Origin: a virus
Reading direction: 5' to 3' (one strand)
DNA: 64,000 bases
IMG/VR virus record: IMGVR_UViG_3300031133_000417
Location: 970-64,969 of that record
Of the stretch, positions 26,488 to 36,372 are shown piece by piece. The notes beneath the pieces are model-generated. The model made no database searches, had not been told where the DNA came from, and was given only the letters and a program-made list of their open reading frames with translations. The first letter of the stretch is position 1. Each line of letters opens with the position of its first letter. The position numbers and the translations under genes are program-made.

Positions 26488-27585
26488 TTATGATAACTTG
26501 GTTTTCAGGATGTGATTAGTAGAAGCTGTATTCAATACCGGAGTGGTATAGGCTACGCCTTTAGTCACTACAGTGATAGGATCTTCTTCACCCCATGTTT
26601 TAACCAGAACAATTCCTGATTTAGTTTTAGTTGCGGTACCCAATGTTACATACTCATCTGCAGTCAGTGTATAAGGAGAATCTCCCAATTGTAATGACTC
26701 TGAGAAGGTAACATTACCATCAACCCATCCAGATACAGTTTCTTGTTCACCAGCTTTATTTTCAACAGTTACGAAGCTGTCCCAAAGAACTACGATAGGC
26801 AATCCCTGACGAGATAATGCGGCGTTTACGGCAGCAACATCCGGTCTTGCTTCTAATCCCAAGGCAACTTGAGCATAAGTTGCTGTAAACTTCTGGATGC
26901 CGGCATTTCTGGCCATTAGATTGAAGTTATCCAGCTCCATCCACATGTAACGCAGAATCTTTCCTTTCTTACGGGCGATATCCCTGCGAGCTTCGATATC
27001 AGCGATGATATCAGCAGAAGGATCTGACCAATCTTTAGCTGCGTTAGCACGGTTAGCTGTTGGAATACCGAAATCGACATCAGTTTTTGTCTGGATGCCG
27101 GCTTCGTTATTAGTTAAAGTTAGGCTGTACTTACCATTTGAGGCAATCTGTTTAGACAACCACTCATGACGAGCCTGAACACCGTCCACAACAAACACCT
27201 GGTCATCATATCTCCAGTCAATGATCTGTTTTAAAATGTTCGATCTTGCAGCAGCATTATTTACGCCGCCAAAGTCGTTCATCAACCCTCTGTAGGTATT
27301 GAAGTCAGTTTCGACTTTATCCCTTGCCACCTCAATTTTAGGCATGTCGCCTGAAGCCTTGCCAGGAAGAGGCCTTCCTTTACGAGGTGCCCTTGAATTG
27401 AAAGACACAACGTCTGCCATAACCTTAGCGCCAGTTTGTGCCTCGATCTGCTTCCATGTCAGGCCTGATTGGTACCTCTCAGGAAATACAGACTGGTACC
27501 TTAGGGTTCCAAACTGGTATTCGTCTAAGTGTGCCTGTGCATCAGCCTCTCTGAATTCACCAATAATATTGGTTACATTAACCAT
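26488..27585 (-). CDS. Major capsid protein (lambda gpE-like family)
   Basis: 365 aa; ADVVSFNSRAPRKGR, DVDFGIP, W.D..ADII.DI motifs. Confidence 0.9.
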   Translation of the reverse strand: MVNVTNIIGEFREADAQAHLDEYQFGTLRYQSVFPERYQSGLTWKQIEAQTGAKVMADVVSFNSRAPRKGRPLPGKASGDMPKIEVARDKVETDFNTYRGLMNDFGGVNNAAARSNILKQIIDWRYDDQVFVVDGVQARHEWLSKQIASNGKYSLTLTNNEAGIQTKTDVDFGIPTANRANAAKDWSDPSADIIADIEARRDIARKKGKILRYMWMELDNFNLMARNAGIQKFTATYAQVALGLEARPDVAAVNAALSRQGLPIVVLWDSFVTVENKAGEQETVSGWVDGNVTFSESLQLGDSPYTLTADEYVTLGTATKTKSGIVLVKTWGEEDPITVVTKGVAYTTPVLNTASTNHILKTKLS

Positions 27586-27629
27586 ATTCTTAAATTATTA
27601 TAAGTAATAAACTTTTGTTAATTGATTGA

Positions 27630-27986
27630 TTACACGTGTGTAATTCTCGGCAGGGCAGTTGCGCGTGCGCCAGCTGTACCTTGTCCTGTAGGAAGTGCCT
27701 TCTCTCTGATGGTTCCACTGATACCAACTTCAGATAGACAATTATCCTCGGCTTTCACAGTTCTGATCGTGTAACCCAAAGGTTTAACCGCACCATTCGT
27801 TGCAGTAAGGATCTTTCCAAATCCTGTAGCGAAGTCTTTACCTACAAGTGTGCCGGCAGGAATATTCCCGTCTGCAGGAATTGTATAACCCTCCAGATCC
27901 AATGTCACGCCACCAGGCAGGGTGTCAAGGACGTTCTCCCAGACAATTTTCTCAAATCCACCGCCTTCTCTTTTTACTCCAAACAT
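27630..27986 (-). CDS. Head decoration protein
   Basis: IPAGTLVG motif; between scaffold and capsid genes. Confidence 0.7.
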   Translation of the reverse strand: MFGVKREGGGFEKIVWENVLDTLPGGVTLDLEGYTIPADGNIPAGTLVGKDFATGFGKILTATNGAVKPLGYTIRTVKAEDNCLSEVGISGTIREKALPTGQGTAGARATALPRITHV

Positions 27987-28004
27987 GTTTGAGTGTTTAA
28001 ATTG

Positions 28005-28679
28005 TTAGACTGTAGCTTTTGGCTTTTCTGCCGCTCTATCAGCCAAATATTGTTTCATTTCAGCTGATACCTCTTTCTCAGCTAATACCTTACCTAATGC
28101 TGTACTACGCGGACGTGCATCGACACCTAAACCAGCATTTGACTCGCCTTGAATAAATTCAGCAGCATCTGTTTCGCTTTCAGCAATGAAAGCATCGAAT
28201 TCCTCGTCGGTGTCAAACTTCATTCTGCTGAAATCTTTCAAAGCTTTGTTACGGTAGGCTTCCGGAGTATCTGCTAATAGTTTGGTTAATTGGTCTTTTC
28301 TGGATCCAGTGACTTTCTCAGTCTGCAGCGCAGTCAATCCTTTTGATAGAGTTTCAAGGGCAGTCGTAAAACCTTTGGCCCATTCTGGAACTTCAGCAGA
28401 TGGAGCTGGAGCAGGAGTAGTTACAGTAACCGGCTCCGTGATCACTTCTTCAGGTTTAGGTAATTTGCTTTTAACTTCATTCGCATACCGGGTATTTTCA
28501 GCTTGCATAATGTCGACGTATGGCTTAACCCCGGCTATGGCGGTGTCAATTTCTTCCTGTGTTGAAGTTTCTGTAAGGTTACCAGCGATTAAAATATCAG
28601 CGATACCCTCTAAAGTTTTTTGTCCAAAACCCTTGCTTGCAAACAAGGTTTTTAGCATCAAGATCAATTTGTTTTTCAT
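28005..28679 (-). CDS. Capsid scaffolding protein
   Basis: Acidic/Pro-rich; likely start MKNKL at 28679 (A-rich upstream) rather than 28793. Confidence 0.75.
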   Translation of the reverse strand: MKNKLILMLKTLFASKGFGQKTLEGIADILIAGNLTETSTQEEIDTAIAGVKPYVDIMQAENTRYANEVKSKLPKPEEVITEPVTVTTPAPAPSAEVPEWAKGFTTALETLSKGLTALQTEKVTGSRKDQLTKLLADTPEAYRNKALKDFSRMKFDTDEEFDAFIAESETDAAEFIQGESNAGLGVDARPRSTALGKVLAEKEVSAEMKQYLADRAAEKPKATV

Positions 28680-28770
28680 TTGTTTTGGTTTGGAAGTGAC
28701 ACCCCTAAACGGGTTATACTTGCTTAAAACCAAAAATACCTCGCGGATCGCGGGGTAAGAAGGAGGTGTT

Positions 28771-28793
28771 TTGACAATGGTATACATTGTCAA
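28771..28793. promoter_or_regulatory. 23-bp palindromic site, copy 3
   Basis: TTGACAATGGTATACATTGTCAA, identical to 15198. Confidence 0.75.
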
Positions 28794-29157
28794 AGAATTC
28801 GGAAAAGAGGAATCAGAGATATGGCGTAGAGAAAATGAAATTATATTAAATATATTTTACCGAACGACCGAATTTAACGAGTTATAAGGAGGCTTGTATG
28901 AATAGGTCACGTAGTCTTATAGGCGAGTGCGTAACTATTGTAGAGGCTGTTAGCCCCATGCAATTCAAATTCCCTTTTAAAAAAAATATTTTGTTCTATT
29001 AGCACATAAAACTTAAAGGTATTCGCAGTCTATTTTAAGCCACGATTGTTGCGATATATCAAAACAATTTTATAAATTTGAACATTATAACATGAAATAA
29101 ATAAATACTACTTAAGTGATTAGCGATTTTTATTTTACATGGAAAGGATTAAAATAA

Positions 29158-29772
29158 ATGCTCAATTTGCAATTTAAATTTAAAAAAGCGGTTCAAGCCG
29201 TTAACTACTTTGCCTGCGCCAGCGGCGGAACTATACCAAAGTTAAAAGCTATCAAACTCCTGTGGCTTGCAGATAGATTACACTTAAGAAACTATGGGAG
29301 GACTATATCTGGGGATTCCTATGTCGCAATGCCATTAGGTCCAGTAGCATCTCAGACATTGGACATAATAAACGGAAGCAGCTATTTTAAGCCCGATTTG
29401 CAGCCATGTGTTGATTATAGTAAAGAATTTATTCACCTTGTGAACAAGAATGACTTACGCGCGATCGGTGATGTGAATACCAAAGTTTTCTCAGCAACTG
29501 ACTTAGAGGCTATTGAGGCTATATCGAGAGAATATTTGTCACTTGGAAAGTATGATCTGTCTCATAAGATATCTCACCATTTTCCTGAATGGACAAGATT
29601 TAGGAAAAACTTGGAAGAGGAGGGCTCGCCTAGAAAAAGTTTCGATATGGAAATGTTAGACTTTTTTCAGGACGTACCAAATTTTGCATTATTTAACGAT
29701 CAGGATCAAGACATAAAAGAGACCGCTAAAGAATTATTCATAGAGAAACAACAGGTTTACAATAGTTTTTAA
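29158..29772 (+). CDS. Panacea-domain (DUF4065/SocA-like) antitoxin
   Basis: KLKAIKLLWLADRLHL..YGR.I.GD.Y.AMPLGPV motif. Confidence 0.85.
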   Translation: MLNLQFKFKKAVQAVNYFACASGGTIPKLKAIKLLWLADRLHLRNYGRTISGDSYVAMPLGPVASQTLDIINGSSYFKPDLQPCVDYSKEFIHLVNKNDLRAIGDVNTKVFSATDLEAIEAISREYLSLGKYDLSHKISHHFPEWTRFRKNLEEEGSPRKSFDMEMLDFFQDVPNFALFNDQDQDIKETAKELFIEKQQVYNSF

Positions 29773-30206
29773 TGGATATTCCTAGCTCTCTTGTGTCCTC
29801 AATAATTGAAGAGGGCAAAATGTACTATTTTAGCAGTACAAAACTTAATACTAGCGAACCTCATCATTTTATATGCATTAAAAGGTCGGATCAGGTTCTG
29901 CTGTTTTCTTGCTGTACTTCAAAATTCGAGTCAATGACAAAGTTTGTACAAGCAAGAAAGCTAAGGGAAGAAACTATCGTAACTGTTCCGTCAGCAACAG
30001 ATGGAACAAAATTGACTAAGCACACATATATTAATTGCAATGAGGATCCCATTGAAATTGCATTGCCAGATTTTATTGAAAGATTAAAAAACAATTCTGT
30101 CAAGAGTACCGGCACTCTACCACCTGAATATATGGAAAAAATACTTATTGGTATTAGAGCTAGTGATATGATTGATGAAGAAATGAAGGAATTTATCGGA
30201 TGTTAA
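29772..30206 (+). CDS. Putative toxin, PemK/MazF-like fold
   Basis: Coupled (TAATG) to the Panacea gene; HHFICI...LLFSCCTS...TYINC beta pattern. Confidence 0.55.
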   Translation: MDIPSSLVSSIIEEGKMYYFSSTKLNTSEPHHFICIKRSDQVLLFSCCTSKFESMTKFVQARKLREETIVTVPSATDGTKLTKHTYINCNEDPIEIALPDFIERLKNNSVKSTGTLPPEYMEKILIGIRASDMIDEEMKEFIGC

Positions 30207-31258
30207 TGTTCTAAGATATTTTCAATAAGTTTGACATTATCCTTCCACCAGTATGGACGATCCTTCCAGCCTTCGACGCGTTCGACATTGGAAGACACCC
30301 ACGCATTGAATGCTTCAGGAGGATCTGATATCCTCGCAGCCTTTTGAAGATCTTTTATAGCATCTTCTGTGTCTAAACCTTGAGCCACTAGCTTCTGATA
30401 TTTAGCCATTAGTTTATCATCCATCAGGATAGGTATTTTAAAGCACAGGCAGTTCGGGTGCCATCCATTCCAAACAAACCACACCGGGTACTTTCCTTCA
30501 AGGCTTCTGCACAGTTCACACCTTGTTTTTGGTTTTGCTGTAGCTGACAAACGGATTTCATAACCGAGAACTAAAGGGTTGTTCTGCCATGCAGCCCCGT
30601 CAGCAGCGCGATAACCTCTGTTTATTTCAGTTCTGGCTAATCGTTCAGTGTTTTTAGCAGCGGACCGGTATACCCCTTGACCTGGATTGTAAGCCTCAGC
30701 CGGTTTGGATAACTTGAGCTTACTGCTAGAATTACGTACGCGCCGGAATAATTGGTCAGGCTCCTGTAGGTTTTGCCTTAACTCTCGTCCAATTGCCTTG
30801 GCTCCTTTTCCTTCGGCCACCCCGATATCAAGACTCATCTCAACATTACTGGTAAATTGCTGGGCAGATTTCCATACACGACCAGATAAATCCAGTCCCC
30901 CGTCTTTTCGCGCAATGAATGCCTCCAGTCTGTTCGTGTTGGGATTAGATAATATCTTCTTGATTTTATCAGGAATATCGAACCCTGCAAGCCTCTTTTC
31001 CATGTAAGCGAGGTTCTTTTTATTTGATATATCCCAGGAGTATTTAATACCTGATTCGATCTTAGCTGTTACATTTGTCCGGAACTGCTTTAACAATAAG
31101 TTGAGTTTACGCTGCACAATGGAGCGGGCCGCACCTGACTCTACAAGCGGACTTATCTGGGCTATAATCGAATTATATTGTTTGTTGATATAATTGACCA
31201 CATGGTCCTGCTCATTGAAGTGCAGTTTCTCATACTTATTGTTAATCGGATCTGCCAT
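30203..31258 (-). CDS. MuF/SPP1 gp7-like minor head protein
   Basis: ERLARTEINRGY, CELC..L.G.YP, WHPNCLC motifs. Confidence 0.85.
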   Translation of the reverse strand: MADPINNKYEKLHFNEQDHVVNYINKQYNSIIAQISPLVESGAARSIVQRKLNLLLKQFRTNVTAKIESGIKYSWDISNKKNLAYMEKRLAGFDIPDKIKKILSNPNTNRLEAFIARKDGGLDLSGRVWKSAQQFTSNVEMSLDIGVAEGKGAKAIGRELRQNLQEPDQLFRRVRNSSSKLKLSKPAEAYNPGQGVYRSAAKNTERLARTEINRGYRAADGAAWQNNPLVLGYEIRLSATAKPKTRCELCRSLEGKYPVWFVWNGWHPNCLCFKIPILMDDKLMAKYQKLVAQGLDTEDAIKDLQKAARISDPPEAFNAWVSSNVERVEGWKDRPYWWKDNVKLIENILEH

Positions 31259-32760
31259 TATACTGCTTCCTGTTCTTCAATCTCCTTACCCAGCGTGTCC
31301 GCAGCGGCCTGAATCAACTTTATCTCAGCCTTTGGATCATCAGTAAGCCCCGCCATAGCAACCGCAGTTTCAATTGAAGCTACACCACCAGCTAGGGCAA
31401 CAATACTATCGTCAATTGCCTCTCTACGGTCATCAATTCTAAATAGGGTGAACTTTGGTGAGATGGTCATATTTCTCTCTTTTGCAAGAGTTTTGTTTAT
31501 GGCTATACAAGCGGATTTCAGAAAGGATAATTCCCTTTGTGCACCTTCGCCATATGATCCGTCAAGTTTATCCTGAGCAGCTAAATGCGGATCCATCAGT
31601 ACGCGATCAAAGGCCGCACCTGAAGGGGCAGCGCCTATCCCGGACATTTCTTTCACGGTGATATTGGGGGTTTGAGAGCATGTGAAAATAAAATCTACTA
31701 AGGAATCAATTTCCAGTTTGATTGACACCGGGGCCTGCTCCCAGGTTACATACTTAATATCGGAATCTTTACCATCTAATTCAAGCACCTTGCCGCGCTC
31801 ACCTTTAGCAGAGAATCCTTTGATAACACCTTTTGACACGAGGATAGGAGAACCATTATAATCGTTCGTATCGGCAAAGTTTGACAACACCACTTCAAGT
31901 CTTGTGATCTCAGATTGAACATCGGCCCATTCTGGGCGATCCTGAGCATAGTAGATAACTGGTATCTTGCCGTAAGAATGTTTGATCTTCTTCTTCATCA
32001 GCCATCCACCAGGCACCTGCTCAAATAGGTAAATGAAGGTGTCGGTATATACATCAAAGTGAACAACCTTTTCAGAAGCCTTCGCGACCAGCTCCTTTGT
32101 GATCGCAAGGCCCGTAATGTCCATTAGGGTTTCATATTGCCTACCGAAGTAAGATAGCTTACCAAGCCCGTTAAATACAGGAAATAGCTTGTCACCTTTT
32201 GCCGGACTCAACACCTCCATCCTCATCCGTTTGGTGGCCGCTGGAGCAAGATCACCCCAATAACCAGCCTCTACATCTTCGCTGAACCATAATGCTGCAC
32301 ATTGTAGTTCAGACATCATCCGTTTGACAATTTCTTTGGCTTTATATTGAACCTTATTGTCGTCACGGCATTTTTTAATCATGCCTAATAACTTTTCCTG
32401 AGGCAGGCCGACCGGTTTACAGTCAATCTCCATTTTAGCCACATTCATAAATGCAGCACGCCTGGTAACTATCAACTTTTGAAGAGGGAGGGCAATGCGA
32501 TTTACCTCCTCATGCGTGGTGGTAATAATTGGTTTACCGTTGGTATCATTAATAGCACTTGGCTTCTGTACGGGTTTCTTTGGACGCTTTGCCTCTTTAA
32601 AAACATCATGCTCCGCAACATCGTACTGTTCCATTGCTTCTGAAACACCGGACACTTTCTGACCAATAGCTAAAACTAATTCTACCAGCGGGGTTTCATC
32701 AACCGCAACCTCTACCTCACCCGTTACCACTACAGCCACATCCTCACTTTTCTTTGCCAT
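31258..32760 (-). CDS. Portal protein (SPP1 gp6-like)
   Basis: 500 aa after TerL; H.YGKIPVIYY, LSNFADTNDY.GSPIL motifs. Confidence 0.9.
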   Translation of the reverse strand: MAKKSEDVAVVVTGEVEVAVDETPLVELVLAIGQKVSGVSEAMEQYDVAEHDVFKEAKRPKKPVQKPSAINDTNGKPIITTTHEEVNRIALPLQKLIVTRRAAFMNVAKMEIDCKPVGLPQEKLLGMIKKCRDDNKVQYKAKEIVKRMMSELQCAALWFSEDVEAGYWGDLAPAATKRMRMEVLSPAKGDKLFPVFNGLGKLSYFGRQYETLMDITGLAITKELVAKASEKVVHFDVYTDTFIYLFEQVPGGWLMKKKIKHSYGKIPVIYYAQDRPEWADVQSEITRLEVVLSNFADTNDYNGSPILVSKGVIKGFSAKGERGKVLELDGKDSDIKYVTWEQAPVSIKLEIDSLVDFIFTCSQTPNITVKEMSGIGAAPSGAAFDRVLMDPHLAAQDKLDGSYGEGAQRELSFLKSACIAINKTLAKERNMTISPKFTLFRIDDRREAIDDSIVALAGGVASIETAVAMAGLTDDPKAEIKLIQAAADTLGKEIEEQEAV

Positions 32761-32771
32761 CCCTATTTCCT

Positions 32772-34076
32772 TTATCCAAACACACTTAAAACCGCTGTAT
32801 TACTTTCCTGACCCTCTGTCAGCTTACGGAACGCGTAACGGGCTGCATCAATCGTGTGATTCCACTTATCGATCGGTATGCCGGCCTTTTTATCGTTCCA
32901 CTTATATTTTCTCAATTCTTTTTTTATGTTAATACTTCTTTCAGTCACAATGATCTTGTAGTCATTCATCGCAGTAAGGCCAGCTTTCACACTACCTGGC
33001 CCCTTCTCACATTCAATTATGTTAAGGCCCAACTGCCGCAGATCTTCGATCAGCCTATCCTCAGCGCTATCGCCTACAATCAAATCATCCTCATACCGGA
33101 TTCTGCTCTTATTGATCTCATACAGATCATTCAAGCCCAGCTGCTTGGTATCGCAATATTCTTCATCCAGGTATATCAGCATTCGCTTACGATCCACAGC
33201 CACATTGATCAGCGTATCTGGATCCACAGAGAAACCGTAATCCTGACCGTAGGCATGTGGAAGAGCATGGTTAAACTCTCCCTCTTCCCAGTTTGGCAGA
33301 ATAACACCTTCTGCGATATCGGACCAGCGCCCTATGATCTTCAGGGCATACTTTGTCATCTGGAAAGCGGCTTTATTAAACACTCCGTTGATGGTTGCTT
33401 TTGCGATCGACTCTTCCTTTATCCGGGCAATCTCATTTAGGAATTGCTCACCGAGGTTATCCTCATTATCATGGAAGGTGGTGTGAATGTGCAACACATC
33501 AGGGTGCGTGCTGATCTGGACCATGACACCATCGAAGTCAACCAGCTTGTGAGTGTTCTCAATGTATTTTTTGTATACAAAGTGCTCACCATCGCTGGGG
33601 TTCATGATCAGGATACATCTGTTCTGGATATCTTTCTGTCTGATAGATAGCCGCAGCGTATCATAATCTTCCTCATCCTGCCATTCTTCCATCTCATCAC
33701 CTACAAATGTTGTGATACCCTGAATGGACTTCAGGTTTGCGGTCTGGTTCCCTGACGAGGTTTTAATACCACGAAACAGGATCTTGCTGCCAGAGAACTT
33801 ATTCACGATTTCAGTCTTGGTGGATTTAAATTTGCTTTTAAAACCATCAAGCTCAATCTTTTGCTCAAACTCCGGTATAACAGATATGCTGGCCGCTGTA
33901 AGCGTATACCGGCACATAAGTATTATGTGTCTGATCTGAAATGTTAACCTTTCAATGAACGTGGCAGCGTTGAAGGACTTTCCAGATCCCCTGCCGCCAG
34001 TAATGAGTATTATAAATTTTTCCTTGTCCTTATATAGTGGCCTGTACGGTTTTTGTACTTTAATTTTACCGCCCAT
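32772..34076 (-). CDS. terL: Terminase large subunit (PBSX family)
   Basis: GGRGSGKS Walker A, GDEMEE Walker B, DYGFSVDP and NHTIDAARYA nuclease motifs. Confidence 0.95.
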   Translation of the reverse strand: MGGKIKVQKPYRPLYKDKEKFIILITGGRGSGKSFNAATFIERLTFQIRHIILMCRYTLTAASISVIPEFEQKIELDGFKSKFKSTKTEIVNKFSGSKILFRGIKTSSGNQTANLKSIQGITTFVGDEMEEWQDEEDYDTLRLSIRQKDIQNRCILIMNPSDGEHFVYKKYIENTHKLVDFDGVMVQISTHPDVLHIHTTFHDNEDNLGEQFLNEIARIKEESIAKATINGVFNKAAFQMTKYALKIIGRWSDIAEGVILPNWEEGEFNHALPHAYGQDYGFSVDPDTLINVAVDRKRMLIYLDEEYCDTKQLGLNDLYEINKSRIRYEDDLIVGDSAEDRLIEDLRQLGLNIIECEKGPGSVKAGLTAMNDYKIIVTERSINIKKELRKYKWNDKKAGIPIDKWNHTIDAARYAFRKLTEGQESNTAVLSVFG

Positions 34077-34079
34077 ACC

Positions 34080-34658
34080 TTATTCATCATCCATGTTATC
34101 TTCCAGCCATTTATCAGGGGAAATGCTGCCTTTAAGGGTGAGCTCTGATTTATCAACCGCATATAATCCTAGTAGCTTCCTACGCTCCATCCTAAGCTTG
34201 TTGATCAGGTCCTGGTAACGTGGATCACCGAAGTTGATCTCAGTCTTTTCGCTCTTCTGTATGGCAGTAGTGATGATCTTTGCCACGCCTTCTGCAATCT
34301 CTCCCTCCGGAGTAACCGCTTTCCCCTTATTGGAAATACCAGACTGTTTGGTAGACTTTAAGGTCTGATCTGTCTTAGATCGTTCCCATGCTTCCCACAA
34401 TTCCCGCAGCTGATCATCGATCGCGGCAAGTTCCAGCTGGATAGCCATGTCTACATCATCGATGCGCGTTTTGCGCCATTCAGTCAGCAGCGCATCGACA
34501 TCTTTCTTTACTGTCTGCAGGGAATAGGTTTCTTTACCCTCCCGCTTCATCACCTCGGCCCGGATAGCACGAAAGGCGTAACCCTTTTTATAGAGTTCGC
34601 CAACGATCACTAAACGTGCTTCTCTTGCCTGCTTGGCAGACTGGTGAGGGATGATCAT
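34080..34658 (-). CDS. terS: Terminase small subunit (putative)
   Basis: N-terminal HTH-like region, RRKLLGLY motif, upstream of TerL. Confidence 0.75.
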   Translation of the reverse strand: MIIPHQSAKQAREARLVIVGELYKKGYAFRAIRAEVMKREGKETYSLQTVKKDVDALLTEWRKTRIDDVDMAIQLELAAIDDQLRELWEAWERSKTDQTLKSTKQSGISNKGKAVTPEGEIAEGVAKIITTAIQKSEKTEINFGDPRYQDLINKLRMERRKLLGLYAVDKSELTLKGSISPDKWLEDNMDDE

Positions 34659-34661
34659 TTA

Positions 34662-35327
34662 TTATGATTTTATTTTTGCCCCGGGATATGATCTCAATAA
34701 TTCCTCTACTTCTGCTCTTACGGTATCATAGACACCTAAATCATCAAATTCAATGGAGAACTTAACAGCAGAGACTTTCGGCTCTGGCTCTTCTTCTACC
34801 TCTTCAGGTTCAAAGTCCATCAGGATCATTCCGAATCCTTCGATTTCTTCCTTATCCCAATCTGCTTTGATTAAATCCCAGTCATCCTGACCGAAGCCTA
34901 CGTTATCCTTGATTACAATCGCACGGAGTTTAGCAACTGGTGTATTGGAGGGCACAATCTTGCAAGGAATGGCTTTGGATGATCGCAGGTTATTGATAGC
35001 CGATAGCCAGGCTTTGAAATCAAGTCCGTTATCCTTCTCCTCTTGCTTCTTTTTAGCAATCAACTCGCTGAACGCAGCCTCATCCATGTTGGAAACTTCA
35101 ATGGTAGCCTTGAGTCTCATGTTCCCGGCCAGAGCCACATAGGCCGCAGCGTACTCGATAACAATTACCTCACGCAATTCCAGCATCTCTGGATCATCCT
35201 GAATTGATTTCACCAGGGCTTCATACCTTTCATCCCTGATCAACCGGGGATTCTTTGGCAAGCCATGTATTTGACCATCGTTAGGCCATATTTGTACGGT
35301 CGGGATTAATTTTATCTCTACTATCAT
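34662..35327 (-). CDS. ParB/Srx N-terminal-domain protein
   Basis: NPRLI...LVKSI..DPEML..R....LAGNMRLKA; likely start MIVEIK at 35327. Confidence 0.8.
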   Translation of the reverse strand: MIVEIKLIPTVQIWPNDGQIHGLPKNPRLIRDERYEALVKSIQDDPEMLELREVIVIEYAAAYVALAGNMRLKATIEVSNMDEAAFSELIAKKKQEEKDNGLDFKAWLSAINNLRSSKAIPCKIVPSNTPVAKLRAIVIKDNVGFGQDDWDLIKADWDKEEIEGFGMILMDFEPEEVEEEPEPKVSAVKFSIEFDDLGVYDTVRAEVEELLRSYPGAKIKS

Positions 35328-35737
35328 GCGCAGGGTATTTGGTTGAGGTATTGTTCTGTGATTGATGTAACGGACGCTTTGAAAGATTTTATTTTCATGT
35401 AAGCGCGGGCTTGCCCGATGTAGTAATGGGCATTGGTGCCAGAATCCCCCAGGCATTTAGCGAGAGAGCTGCGCAGTCCGTTCCTTAATTTGCAGTCAAT
35501 GATCAGCGCGTCTGGATTAAAGAGCCTGAGTATTGTTGCAATGAATAAAAGTTTGTGCTGGTAGTCCGTGTTGGGGTGGTAGGATAGGCAGACGTAGTCA
35601 TATATTTCCCTGATCATGATCAGGTCATTCATCACTGGCGTGATATTTTGTTGTGCTTCCTGTATTAAGTGCGGATAAGTCACAGCGATTACTTTCAATA
35701 ATCGAGCATCAATCGTTAACTGTTTCACATCTGCCAT
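35324..35737 (-). CDS. Conserved phage protein, possible late-gene regulator
   Basis: First gene of the packaging operon; helical; function inferred from position only. Confidence 0.6.
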   Translation of the reverse strand: MADVKQLTIDARLLKVIAVTYPHLIQEAQQNITPVMNDLIMIREIYDYVCLSYHPNTDYQHKLLFIATILRLFNPDALIIDCKLRNGLRSSLAKCLGDSGTNAHYYIGQARAYMKIKSFKASVTSITEQYLNQIPCA

Positions 35738-35769
35738 ATCCCATTCACCGTTTAGGCAAATGTAAAAAT

Positions 35770-35797
35770 ATTACACGATATTACCAATAGGTAATAT
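35770..35797. promoter_or_regulatory. ATTACA-N4-ATTACC-N4-GGTAAT site
   Basis: Extended palindrome ATATTACCAATAGGTAATAT upstream of the packaging operon. Confidence 0.7.
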
Positions 35798-35809
35798 TCT
35801 TGATAAAAT

Positions 35810-35832
35810 AAAAAGGCCCTAAGGCCTTTTTA
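35810..35832 (-). terminator. Intrinsic terminator of the three-gene moron
   Basis: AAAAGGCC-CTAA-GGCCTTTT. Confidence 0.55.
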
Positions 35833-35835
35833 TTT

Positions 35836-36372
35836 TTATTCAGGCATATTTATATGGTTTTCGTCGTAATTAGCGATGACTTTGAGAGTTTTTAATAGTC
35901 TTCGTCTGAAGAAGGTCTTCATCGAAGGTGGCTTATTTTTACTCACTTTAATACCATCTCTATAAAACCAAGCTTCTGTATGAGCATAGTTACAAATGCC
36001 TGGGGCATGTTCTGGTAATAACTGACATTCTACCATCTTTCCCTGAAGGTTAAAAGGTACAGGTTCTATCATCTCACCCACAGTAACACTGATTATTCCC
36101 CAATTAGAATAATGTTGACCATTATCTTGTATTCGTGTATTAAAAAGAACATCGTATTCTGTAGAGCAATATTTTGATCGATTATATGAATCATCTTTAA
36201 TTTCAAATAATTCAACACCGATTGTATCATCATCTCGAAAGTCAGCGGGAAGAGGTGTTTGAATTCGTCTATAAAGAACTTCGTCAGGTTCAAAATTAGG
36301 ATCCTCAGGCCTGTTTGATATCCATAGCCTTTGCGGAATACTCATCATCGGACAAACCTCATTTTCATCCAT
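35836..36372 (-). CDS. Putative ADP-ribosyltransferase-fold toxin/effector
   Basis: LYRR ... SYNRSKY ... H.P...NYAH pattern. Confidence 0.5.
   Translation of the reverse strand: MDENEVCPMMSIPQRLWISNRPEDPNFEPDEVLYRRIQTPLPADFRDDDTIGVELFEIKDDSYNRSKYCSTEYDVLFNTRIQDNGQHYSNWGIISVTVGEMIEPVPFNLQGKMVECQLLPEHAPGICNYAHTEAWFYRDGIKVSKNKPPSMKTFFRRRLLKTLKVIANYDENHINMPE

Noticed and set aside
28898-29002. 34-aa ORF with a strong TAAGGAGG SD upstream of the Panacea gene
   Set aside because: SD sequences are rarely used in this host group, and there is no homology or coupling evidence; may be chance.
35328-35456. Extended N-termini from the ORF track (also 28680-28793, 41097-41186, 46382-46441, 58316-58432)
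   Set aside because: They overlap upstream genes or regulatory sites; downstream ATGs with A-rich leaders match where the domains start.
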